Of a stretch of DNA of 35,690 nt, positions 9,445 to 17,242 are shown piece by piece. The translations under genes were made by a program, and so were the position numbers. The stretch lies in the IMG/VR virus record IMGVR_UViG_3300025769_000078; one strand, written 5' to 3'. Source of the DNA: an uncultured virus (IMG/VR IMGVR_UViG_3300025769_000078). Taxonomy: Duplodnaviria > Heunggongvirae > Uroviricota > Caudoviricetes. Numbering within the stretch: position 1 is the stretch's first letter; every line of letters starts with the position of its first letter. Under the pieces are notes generated by a model. The model had not been told where the DNA came from. It saw only the letters and a program-made list of their open reading frames with translations, and did no database searches.

Positions 9445-10976
9445 CACTCAGCACCTCTACGCCCGATGACATCATCAATGCGTAGGATAGCACATGAGAC
9501 TTCTGTTGCTCCGTTGATAGCACTGCGAATAAGCGATGTTGGTTCAAATACCCCCGTCATGCTACGCACGCCTCCATTTTCTACGTCAGGGCCATAGAAC
9601 TCAGGAAGTTTGTGTCGCATAGCCAAGACCGTATCAAGTGGGTCATAACCTGCGTTTTCAGCGATGGTAGCAGGGATGGCTTCAAGAGCATCAGCAAACG
9701 CTTCAATCGCCATTTGAGCACGCCCACCAACCTCAGAAGCGTTGGCACGCAAGTGAGCAGCGATGGCGACATATGTAGAGCCACCACCGAAGCGTATAGA
9801 GTCGCCGTTCTTGACCAGTGACACAACACCCAATGCGTCGTCAAACCCTCGCTGAATCTCATCGAGAGTGGATTGCGTAGCGCCCTTCAGTATCAGTGTG
9901 GATTCTCTGTGAGTAGTCATGCACTCCTTTGCTAATGAATTAACATACAGATACGGCACGTCGTTGTGAATAACACGGTCAATGTGACCTATGCCCGTTG
10001 TTGATGATGGCTCAGGAGTCATGTGGATTGGAGTGTTCATCAACTCATTTGACAGTCTACGCATTGTGCTCTCAGGCACACGTTGCACGATAGAGATACC
10101 TTGCTTGCGTAGATATGCAATCGCAGTATCATGCACTGCGTCACGACATAGCACAACACCAGCACCACTACTCACTACAGCCTTAGCCGCCTCAAGCAGT
10201 TTGTCTCGACCCATCGCTTGGACTTGGCTGTAGGAGTTTGCATCGGACACCTGAACAGATACGTTTGCGCTCTCTTTGCCTTCGGTCAAGCCACCATTGA
10301 GAAGTAGTATCTCCACGCCATCTTCGTTGTCCCAGTTACGAAACTCATCTCCACCACCGATGAAGTCTTTGTCAAGCACTACACCGTTGTAAAGCCACGA
10401 GTCAGCAAGAGAGCCACCGGGAACAGCGAGTGTCTTCACGTCACGAGCGTTTCCTATTGTCTCGATAGTCTCGACGCACAGGTTAGCAACCTTCTCTTCG
10501 GATGCTTCAAGCGACTTACCAGTGATAGCGGTTCTTGCTATTGCTCTGAGATATACACTCATATCATAATCTTCGTGCTTACCTACAGCGTCAGGCATTC
10601 CTTCTAAGCACTCAACAGCCATGTTTCGTGCTGTTGAGTAGCCCTTGATAATCACGTTAGGGTGCAAGCCCTTACTGAATAGACCCTCTGAGTTAGCGAG
10701 CAATTGACTCGCAAGAACGACTGTGCTTGTAGTGCCATCGTATGCGTTTGCTTCTTGCATCTTCGATACTTCTACCACCATCTTGGCGGCAGGGTGAGCA
10801 GTGTCTACTTCTCGTAGAATAGTAGCACCATCGTTGGTCACGATGACGTTACCACCACCATCCACCATCATCTTGTCCATACCCAATGGCCCAAGTGTCG
10901 TTCTTACAGTTTCAGCGATACGCTTGACTGCTTCAATGTTTAGCCTCTGTGTTGTATTGTTATCTGTCATATCCAA
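9444..10976 (-). CDS. ths: Group II chaperonin (thermosome-like)
   Basis: Motifs TLGPLGMDKM, TNDGATIL, DGTTS, GLHPNVII, FADALEAIP, ILRIDDVI; helical-protrusion region present. Confidence 0.95.
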   Translation of the reverse strand: MDMTDNNTTQRLNIEAVKRIAETVRTTLGPLGMDKMMVDGGGNVIVTNDGATILREVDTAHPAAKMVVEVSKMQEANAYDGTTSTVVLASQLLANSEGLFSKGLHPNVIIKGYSTARNMAVECLEGMPDAVGKHEDYDMSVYLRAIARTAITGKSLEASEEKVANLCVETIETIGNARDVKTLAVPGGSLADSWLYNGVVLDKDFIGGGDEFRNWDNEDGVEILLLNGGLTEGKESANVSVQVSDANSYSQVQAMGRDKLLEAAKAVVSSGAGVVLCRDAVHDTAIAYLRKQGISIVQRVPESTMRRLSNELMNTPIHMTPEPSSTTGIGHIDRVIHNDVPYLYVNSLAKECMTTHRESTLILKGATQSTLDEIQRGFDDALGVVSLVKNGDSIRFGGGSTYVAIAAHLRANASEVGGRAQMAIEAFADALEAIPATIAENAGYDPLDTVLAMRHKLPEFYGPDVENGGVRSMTGVFEPTSLIRSAINGATEVSCAILRIDDVIGRRGAE

Positions 10977-11584
10977 TCTACCTCAATTTCAACTATAGAG
11001 CCGTCGTCCATACTTCGGCTCTTTACAATACCATTGTCACGACCATACATGTAGAGGTCGTATGTCAATTGGCAGTCTTTGAGGCAGTAGTCGGCTACCT
11101 CAAGGAATTTACCTTCACGCCATGCCGTTGGTGCATCGCTACTTTGCATACTCTTCGATGAGTCGAGAGTAGAACGAACAAGAGTATCAAGCGTCGTGTG
11201 AACTTTACCCACACTCAATGCTGCTTTATCAACCAACATCTTGGTATCAATGATACTCTCGCTCTTACCAATCAGTTCACCTGCTGTCCAGCAGTCCAGT
11301 GCGGCGTTTAGCACTGGTAAGTCAAACTTGCGAATGTTGTGACCGAGAATCTTACCACCATTGTCAATGTGCTTCTGTAAGTGGTCGCCTAACGTGCGAG
11401 GATGTAGGTCATGCACTGTGGCATTAGCCATCTCTATGTCCTCTTTGGCGAAAACGTGACCGTCGTTGCCGTCCCATGTAGCGACGACTGTGGGTTCAAA
11501 CAAACTGTGTTTGTCCCAACCACCTATCTCCCAAGAGAAGTTGCCAGTTTCAATATCAAGTGCCATTACATCGCTCATACTCAT
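10967..11584 (-). CDS. DEDDy 3'-5' exonuclease (RNase H-like/DnaQ fold)
   Basis: ExoI 'LDIET', ExoII 'GHNIRKFDLPVL', ExoIII 'YCLKD'. Confidence 0.85.
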   Translation of the reverse strand: MSMSDVMALDIETGNFSWEIGGWDKHSLFEPTVVATWDGNDGHVFAKEDIEMANATVHDLHPRTLGDHLQKHIDNGGKILGHNIRKFDLPVLNAALDCWTAGELIGKSESIIDTKMLVDKAALSVGKVHTTLDTLVRSTLDSSKSMQSSDAPTAWREGKFLEVADYCLKDCQLTYDLYMYGRDNGIVKSRSMDDGSIVEIEVDWI

Positions 11585-11664
11585 GCCTCCGTGTATTCCC
11601 AGTAAATGTATTCTTCAGTTTCAATCTTGAGTTTGAGATTATGCTGGTTATCATCTTCGCTCAT
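11581..11664 (-). CDS. Putative 27-aa acidic peptide (MSEDDNQHNLKLKIETEEYIYWEYTEA)
   Basis: Hand translation; fills the gap exactly, with stop/start overlaps at both ends. Confidence 0.4.
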   Translation of the reverse strand: MSEDDNQHNLKLKIETEEYIYWEYTEA

Positions 11665-11828
11665 CAAGCCCACCATCCTACTGCTTTGTTGATGAAACCA
11701 TAGTGTCCTTCAGGTTGGACTGGCATACCATTGTATTCAGCCCAGCACTTCTCACTACAAAAATGTCTCACACCTACAGCGGTATGGTCATCGAATTTTG
11801 CATCTTTCTCGCAAAGGACACACTTCAT
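11664..11828 (-). CDS. 54-aa TRASH/MYM-type zinc finger protein
   Basis: Hand translation MKCVLCEK...RHFCSEKCWAEY...; CxxC...FCSxxC; GGAGGTG SD; ATGA overlap with the upstream stop. Confidence 0.65.
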   Translation of the reverse strand: MKCVLCEKDAKFDDHTAVGVRHFCSEKCWAEYNGMPVQPEGHYGFINKAVGWWA

Positions 11829-13231
11829 GCATCCACCTCCTTTTGACGGATGTAGACGGTAGAGCCATCCTTAGCCGCATCAAACATGTGAGCACCCCAC
11901 TTGGAGAAGCGATTGAACGCAGTGCCACGAGTGACTTGCTCAGCGATACAGTATTGCTTGATGACAGCCGACTTCTTACGCCAGCCCTCACCACGCTTGT
12001 CCAATTCAACTGGTGCAACTGTGTTGTATGCATTGACCCAGTTCTTTGCATGGTTGGCCTTCTCGGTTTGCTTAGCACCGACTTCAACCTCACCTTCAAG
12101 CCATAGAATCAGATTCTTGAACAGGTCGTAGATAATCTCCTTCGCCATGTCAAGATGCTCACCAGTGATAACCCACTTCTCATCCATCATGGCGATGTGA
12201 GTAGCGAGGATGACTGAGTAGTTCTCCATAGCGGGAATAAACGATGCGACGACGTTACCGATAGCGAAGTTCAAACCGTCCAGTAGCGAATACAAGTCCT
12301 CAACCAAGTCGTATGTAGCCACATAGAATGACTCGTCGGCTGTGAACATCTCGTTCATGACAGACTGGACGACATCTTCTTGCTCTTCACGAGTCATACC
12401 ATCCCATTCAGTGAATGAAATCTCAGTCAGGTTCAGAACTCGGTCACGCAGTCGCTTCTCAAGCCCAGTGAAGTAGTCGATAATCTCCTCGTAGGACAAC
12501 TTTTGCTTAGGGGTCTTTGTAAACGCACGCTCCATACGTTTCATACTGACTCCCATACGTCTATCCATGTCCCAGTCAGACCAATACAACAGAACACGCT
12601 GGAAGATACCCTTCGTTAAAACATACTCCTTAACACCAGCAGGTGGGTAGGTTGTAATCCACAGTGAGACAAGTGATTCAGTCTCGATACGGCGACCACT
12701 CAAGTGCTTAACAAGGATGTTTGAGTTGCTACCAATCGGGTTACATGCTGACTGTAGATACAGAACAGTCTCTTGCGAGTGCTTGCCGGGATTGAGGATA
12801 ATACTACCTTCGTCAAAGTTCAGTGCCTTCTGACCAGCAAGCATACCCTCTGTTTGAACAGCCACTTGTTCTTTCTTTCCGTTCTCATCAACGACTGTCT
12901 CATTGGTGACACCACCAATCAGTCCAGCGTCAGACCCTGATGTATACATGTCTTGATGCAAACCACAGTCCTTCAGCACGTCACCTACAAACTCCCATGC
13001 TACCGACTTACCAGTCCTCGATGGTTGAATCCAAAAGACGTGGACTCGTGGGTCAAGGTGGCTTGCATCCCACGGTATGCGAATGAAGGGCGCTGCTATC
13101 TGTCCTTGTATGTAAAAGAATGATAGCATCGCTGGGATGTCGTTGTCAATACTTGTTCTACTAAATCTCTCAACATAGCCATCGAAGAACGGGTAGTTCT
13201 TGACTGCCATGTAATCTTGTGCTTCTCTCAT
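11825..13231 (-). CDS. MCM-like AAA+ replicative helicase (468 aa; start re-assigned to ATG 13231)
   Basis: Walker A QPSRTGKS; 'YTSGSDAGLIGGV' resembles MCM YTSGxxSSxAGLT; Walker B LNFDEG; 'IFQRV' at the arginine-finger position; the track's TTG start lies inside the promoter motif. Confidence 0.65.
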   Translation of the reverse strand: MREAQDYMAVKNYPFFDGYVERFSRTSIDNDIPAMLSFFYIQGQIAAPFIRIPWDASHLDPRVHVFWIQPSRTGKSVAWEFVGDVLKDCGLHQDMYTSGSDAGLIGGVTNETVVDENGKKEQVAVQTEGMLAGQKALNFDEGSIILNPGKHSQETVLYLQSACNPIGSNSNILVKHLSGRRIETESLVSLWITTYPPAGVKEYVLTKGIFQRVLLYWSDWDMDRRMGVSMKRMERAFTKTPKQKLSYEEIIDYFTGLEKRLRDRVLNLTEISFTEWDGMTREEQEDVVQSVMNEMFTADESFYVATYDLVEDLYSLLDGLNFAIGNVVASFIPAMENYSVILATHIAMMDEKWVITGEHLDMAKEIIYDLFKNLILWLEGEVEVGAKQTEKANHAKNWVNAYNTVAPVELDKRGEGWRKKSAVIKQYCIAEQVTRGTAFNRFSKWGAHMFDAAKDGSTVYIRQKEVDA

Positions 13232-13246
13232 AATGTCTCTACCTCT

Positions 13247-13269
13247 TACTGTTCCTTTATATATCAACT
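13247..13269 (-). promoter_or_regulatory. Conserved viral promoter motif copy 1 (AGTTGATATATAAAGGAACAGTA)
   Basis: One of six near-identical copies; TATA box ends 24 nt before the ATG at 13231. Confidence 0.8.
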
Positions 13270-13277
13270 TTCAATCT

Positions 13278-13381
13278 TAGTTGTCTTGATTGTCCGTTGT
13301 ATCGTCTGAACATTATACTTCTATTCTACTCAGCATATAATCATAGTGTATAGACAAGACATCGGACAGGCTATACAACTA
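13278..13381. repeat. 35-bp imperfect inverted repeat (13278-13312 / 13347-13381) around a 34-bp AT-rich spacer; candidate replication origin
   Basis: Left arm tagttgtcttgattgtccgttgtatcgtctgaaca versus reverse complement of right arm tagttgtatagcctgtccgatgtcttgtctataca: 26/35 identical; spacer 25/34 A+T. Confidence 0.6.
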
Positions 13382-13398
13382 TGTATTATGATGTTGCT

Positions 13399-14109
13399 TT
13401 AAAAACCCCTCTTGCGCTTGACGTTTCGCTCAATATGAACAGGTGATTCGCTGGTCAAAACACTGACAATGAGTTGCCTTTTCTTGTCACCAAGCCCCTT
13501 TACTTGCTTCAATGACTCAGGGAAACACATCTCCTCCAAGTTACCACACTTGTCCAGTAAACGCTCAGCCAACTCAGCACCTACGCCGGGTATTGTAAGC
13601 AACATGTCTACACGCACGTCATTCGTAGATACCCTACGAATAGCATGAGCGCCATGCTTACTGGCTGGTTTGTGCAACTTGTTGTGTAACTTTGTGATGA
13701 ACATGGCCGCTTCGCTGACGTTAGCAGTGAAGAAAACTTGACAGTCGAAGTCAGCCATGATGCGAGCAATCGTGCCAGTGAGTTCGTTTTGCACTCTACT
13801 GTGAGTCAGGAATCGACCCTGCTTCTTGGCGAAGGCCACATACTTGGCTATTGAACCATGAATGACAAGGAAGAAACGCTCGTAGTTGGCATCCATGTTG
13901 TCCAGTTGTCGCCATAGATGACCGCTGTGACTCGATTGAAACAAGTCTGTAACACTCTTCGCTTCTACGCAAGCAGCGCCTAACAGGTAGTCACCGACAA
14001 CGAGAGGTTGTCTGACGACGTTCAATCCTTCCTTCTTGGCTCTACGCTCTATTGATTCGCATAGAGTTCCTCTTTCGTTTGAGTCAATGATTAGGTCAGG
14101 TTTTGGCAT
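13399..14109 (-). CDS. ERCC4/XPF-family structure-specific nuclease with HhH motifs
   Basis: 'IIDSNE', 'LVVGDY', 'VEAKSVTDL', 'GHLWRQL'; HhH 'LTIPGVG' and 'QVKGLG'; start moved to MPKPD (GGTGA SD). Confidence 0.9.
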   Translation of the reverse strand: MPKPDLIIDSNERGTLCESIERRAKKEGLNVVRQPLVVGDYLLGAACVEAKSVTDLFQSSHSGHLWRQLDNMDANYERFFLVIHGSIAKYVAFAKKQGRFLTHSRVQNELTGTIARIMADFDCQVFFTANVSEAAMFITKLHNKLHKPASKHGAHAIRRVSTNDVRVDMLLTIPGVGAELAERLLDKCGNLEEMCFPESLKQVKGLGDKKRQLIVSVLTSESPVHIERNVKRKRGF

Positions 14110-14344
14110 CTTTGTCACCCTTTGCTTGATGTTTATGATTGTGGCAATAATCCTCATGAACAACTTGACGACATCTTGTTCCCCTACTGGTTGTGCCTTT
14201 ACAACGAAAGTGGTCAGGGAGTGTGTCTACGTTCTCTTTACAAGTAGCACAGATGTTCAACTTCACTTTTTGTCTGTTTCTTCTGCTGGTTGCATCGCCA
14301 CACACTGAGCAGTGATAGCCATGCATTCTGTGTTTAGTTTCCAT
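14096..14344 (-). CDS. Small Cys/His-rich zinc-finger protein
   Basis: CSVC...CATC...CKGTTSRGTRC...YCHNH; AGGTGA SD. Confidence 0.65.
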   Translation of the reverse strand: METKHRMHGYHCSVCGDATSRRNRQKVKLNICATCKENVDTLPDHFRCKGTTSRGTRCRQVVHEDYCHNHKHQAKGDKDAKT

Positions 14345-15449
14345 CTGTATCACCTATGCTACCGTCAAAGTATCGACATCTACCACTGCAAAGCCCATCG
14401 TATTCAAGCGTAGCGCACGATGCGGCTGAGTAACCGTTGTTACCAGCGCCGCCAAAGACGATGTTCTCTACTTGTTCACGAGTAATACGAGGGGAGTAAT
14501 CAACCCATCCCTGCTCTTGTATGATAGCACATATGCGATTAACATGCTCAGCCTTCGCATCATCTTCGATGGCATCAGGTGGATAGAACCAACGCAGTCG
14601 TGCGGCAAGATACGATGCTAAGTGAAACCTCGCCTTGTGTGTCGGGTTACCTTCACCGAGGGCTGACTGTGCAAGACATGGAAGCACGATGATGTCACCC
14701 AGCGTAATATCAGGTAGCCCTTCGACCTTCTCAATCGTCTTCTTGAATGGGCTTCTACGCTCTGCTACCTTAATAGCAACATCGTTTTGACCATGTTCTA
14801 TGTAACCACTAACAGGCTCTTGGGCTTTCTCCATCAAATCATCGTGCGTAAGATTGAGAATAGAATCGGAGTCGAGTGGTATGCTCCAGCATCCTCGTCT
14901 ACTGTTGTATGAGTTTGGAATGCGAATCATACCTGACGTATCGAAGGCAACAGTAGGGTCGTTGCAAGAGAGTGACAGTTTCTTGTGCCACGAGGCTATG
15001 AGTTTCCTACCACCCTCTTTGACTCTCGCTACGCTGTAGCCATCTGATGGAGTGTGTATGTTCTGTAGCGGAATCCAAATGTGGAAACCACCACCACTGA
15101 ACCATACGAAGTGGCGAATGTCTTCACTGAGCAAAAAACGATGTAGCCTTTTAACCTGTTCGTGCATGAAGGAAAAATCAACATCAGCACCACGTTGTTT
15201 GAAATCCTTGCAGTCAAAATCCATGACGAAGTGACGGATGATTGGTGTGTCGTAGTCTACTCTATGGTTTCTCGGTGGCTTAGTGGCCCGATAACCGTAT
15301 GCTGTGAAGTAGACGTTACCGCTACCGTTCTTACCCTTCCAGTATCGTTCCAACTCTTGCCAGTTTCTTACGCAGTAGCGACCACCCTGCTTTCCGTTTG
15401 AGGCTATCTCAAGCACCTCACGAGGAAAATCCAGTGTGATGAAGCCCAT
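14334..15449 (-). CDS. Archaeo-eukaryotic primase, PriS catalytic domain fused to a PriL-like Fe-S C-terminal domain
   Basis: AEP motifs MDFD, SGGGFH, DTSGMIRIPNS; PriL-CTD motifs LPCL, HKARFHLASYL, YSAASC..L..GLC...C. Confidence 0.85.
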   Translation of the reverse strand: MGFITLDFPREVLEIASNGKQGGRYCVRNWQELERYWKGKNGSGNVYFTAYGYRATKPPRNHRVDYDTPIIRHFVMDFDCKDFKQRGADVDFSFMHEQVKRLHRFLLSEDIRHFVWFSGGGFHIWIPLQNIHTPSDGYSVARVKEGGRKLIASWHKKLSLSCNDPTVAFDTSGMIRIPNSYNSRRGCWSIPLDSDSILNLTHDDLMEKAQEPVSGYIEHGQNDVAIKVAERRSPFKKTIEKVEGLPDITLGDIIVLPCLAQSALGEGNPTHKARFHLASYLAARLRWFYPPDAIEDDAKAEHVNRICAIIQEQGWVDYSPRITREQVENIVFGGAGNNGYSAASCATLEYDGLCSGRCRYFDGSIGDTDGN

Positions 15450-15453
15450 TGTA

Positions 15454-15753
15454 TCAACCCTCTACGCTTTCTATGAGTGTGACTTGTTCTAACACTTTAC
15501 TGATAACATCGTCTAAGGTATCGCTGATGTGCTCCAACTTCATCCTTGATGGATGGATGATAATTTCAAAGAGTAAACTTGTCACGTCACCTATATCCTC
15601 ATGATAATTCTCAATCAAAATCCGTGATGTAGTGTGAACTTTAATTCGTTTTGAAAGAAGAGACGACTCAACTGTGAAATTGTAGGAAGGCCATATCTTG
15701 CTTAACGCCTTCTCCATGAGTTTACAGATTGCAAGAAGTCCTTCTCTATCCAT
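15454..15753 (-). CDS. Hypothetical protein (99 aa, visibly AT-richer than its neighbours)
   Basis: Fills the gap between primase and nuclease; GAGGCGA SD. Confidence 0.55.
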   Translation of the reverse strand: MDREGLLAICKLMEKALSKIWPSYNFTVESSLLSKRIKVHTTSRILIENYHEDIGDVTSLLFEIIIHPSRMKLEHISDTLDDVISKVLEQVTLIESVEG

Positions 15754-15762
15754 ACCGTCGCC

Positions 15763-16725
15763 TCACATGTCTTCAGGGTCAATAGCCAAGTCACCCATCC
15801 AAGCAGGGCATAGTTCCATGAAATCACACCAAGCGCACTTATTCTCGTGAGCCTCAGCAGGGAAGTCATCTTTCAGGTGAGCATCAACCAATCGCACGAG
15901 TCTCTTCTCTACGGTCTTAGGAGCGTAGCGACCACCCGGCCCTTTCACACTCTCGTAATCCCATAGAGGGCCGTCACCTCCGTTGATACCCCCACCGGGG
16001 AACTGCCAACCCCAGCCGATAACTGGTAGGTATTCGATGTGAGGGCTGTGCTCCAGCATCATACGGTAGAACTGCATCTCGGCACGCATCTGAGAGCGCT
16101 TACGCTCAACCCACTTACCAGTCTTCAACTCCATCAAGATGATACCAGTGTGGTCTTCGTCAATGAAGATACGGTCAATGTAACCCTTCATGTGAATCGG
16201 CACTTCCGTTCCGTCACTGGCTACTATGATTCGCTTTGAGTGAACTTCTACTTCATTAGCGATAGGAAACCAGTCTCTTGAGTTGTCTTGCATGTGTAAC
16301 AGCCGTTCAAACTGCCAGTCTACATACAGATTGAGTTGAGGCTCTTCACCAAAAACGTAGGGTGTAGGAGGCTTAGGTAGCGACTTACGCAACTCCTTCT
16401 TCGCTAAGTTGAGATTGCCTTCAGCGATGAGGTCGTTCACCGTTTGTAGGTTGTCAGATGAGGCTTTCCAAAAGTATTCAACTGCGTCGTGGACGTTAGA
16501 GCCACGAATGTGGTGGTCTACCTCTTCGCCCCTCATCCCCAGTATCTTCTCAAAGTAATACTGCTTCGGGCAAAAGTCGAATGTGCCGAGTGAGGATTTT
16601 GATATACGAAGTATCTTGTCAGTCATCTCAGGTTGCCAGTTGTATAGGCTCTTCTCGTATGACTCAAGCATCTCAGGATATTTGTATGGCTCATCCTCTT
16701 CTTCGTTAGGATTCCAGCGCATCAC
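15763..16725 (-). CDS. Cas4/AddB-like PD-(D/E)XK exonuclease with Fe-S cluster
   Basis: 'SKSSL...CPKQYY', 'GSNVH', 'GYIDRI', 'ELKTG', 'QMRAEMQFY', C-terminal CAWCDFMELC. Confidence 0.88.
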   Translation of the reverse strand: MMRWNPNEEEDEPYKYPEMLESYEKSLYNWQPEMTDKILRISKSSLGTFDFCPKQYYFEKILGMRGEEVDHHIRGSNVHDAVEYFWKASSDNLQTVNDLIAEGNLNLAKKELRKSLPKPPTPYVFGEEPQLNLYVDWQFERLLHMQDNSRDWFPIANEVEVHSKRIIVASDGTEVPIHMKGYIDRIFIDEDHTGIILMELKTGKWVERKRSQMRAEMQFYRMMLEHSPHIEYLPVIGWGWQFPGGGINGGDGPLWDYESVKGPGGRYAPKTVEKRLVRLVDAHLKDDFPAEAHENKCAWCDFMELCPAWMGDLAIDPEDM

Positions 16726-17093
16726 TTGTCATCTCCGAATTTATTGTATCGTGCTTGAGGGACGTAGTAACGTGACTTCAACTTGTCAAGTCCTGAGTCC
16801 TTGTATGCCTCATCTGTTTCCTCGTCATCCATTGTCAGGCGCAAGAGAATGAAGTAACCAATCAGGTCTTCAATCACGTCAATGTCAGACTCGATGGTGT
16901 CGCTTCCACGCATGAGTCTACTGAGTTTGTCATCAATCCTGACTCTTAAGCCAGCATCGGGAGGAAGGTCGCTGAAGAAACGGATAGGGTCAAAGGCACT
17001 GTCACCATACTGAGCGTTCTTCTCAGCGAGTAGGTTCACTACCTTACCTGCAATCTTGGCACACTTGATTTTGAAAGTCTCTTCTTCAGTCAT
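16722..17093 (-). CDS. DUF1599 / nucleotide-modification-associated domain 1 (Nmad1) protein
   Basis: 'KNAQYGDS...RIDDKLSRL...DLIGY' signature. Confidence 0.75.
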   Translation of the reverse strand: MTEEETFKIKCAKIAGKVVNLLAEKNAQYGDSAFDPIRFFSDLPPDAGLRVRIDDKLSRLMRGSDTIESDIDVIEDLIGYFILLRLTMDDEETDEAYKDSGLDKLKSRYYVPQARYNKFGDDK

Positions 17094-17233
17094 TCTTCCT
17101 CACCAACCTCATCTTTACTGTTCCTTTTTATATCAACTTCAAACGTCATTCCAAACTCAGTGAGTTTGGTTTGTCTTCGTCCATCAGTTGTCAGTCCGTA
17201 TTCGTCCAGTGTTGTTTGTCTTGTCTTTTTCAT
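17090..17233 (-). CDS. 47-aa peptide with two PIP boxes (QTTLDEY, QTKLTEF), in frame with PolB
   Basis: Hand translation MKKTRQTTLDEYGLTTDGRRQTKLTEFGMTFEVDIKRNSKDEVGEEE; GAGGTGA SD; ATGA overlap with the next gene. Confidence 0.7.
   Translation of the reverse strand: MKKTRQTTLDEYGLTTDGRRQTKLTEFGMTFEVDIKRNSKDEVGEEE
17116..17138 (-). promoter_or_regulatory. Conserved viral promoter motif copy 2 (AGTTGATATAAAAAGGAACAGTA)
   Basis: One mismatch to copy 1; upstream of the DUF1599-nuclease-primase-ERCC4 genes. Confidence 0.75.
17151..17169. repeat. Perfect 9-bp inverted repeat CCAAACTCA-G-TGAGTTTGG
   Basis: Read directly; lies 12 bp upstream of promoter copy 2. Confidence 0.6.
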
Positions 17234-17242
17234 TTTGTCACC

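Noticed and set aside
13232..13267. Shared N-termini 'MIYKGTV/LIYKGIV/MIYKATV' in several track ORFs as a protein motif
   Set aside because: Artefact of translating through the promoter motif; the true starts are downstream
15763..16725. Cas4-like nuclease as a sign of CRISPR-Cas
   Set aside because: No repeat-spacer array or other cas genes; solo Cas4-like nucleases are common in archaeal virus replication modules
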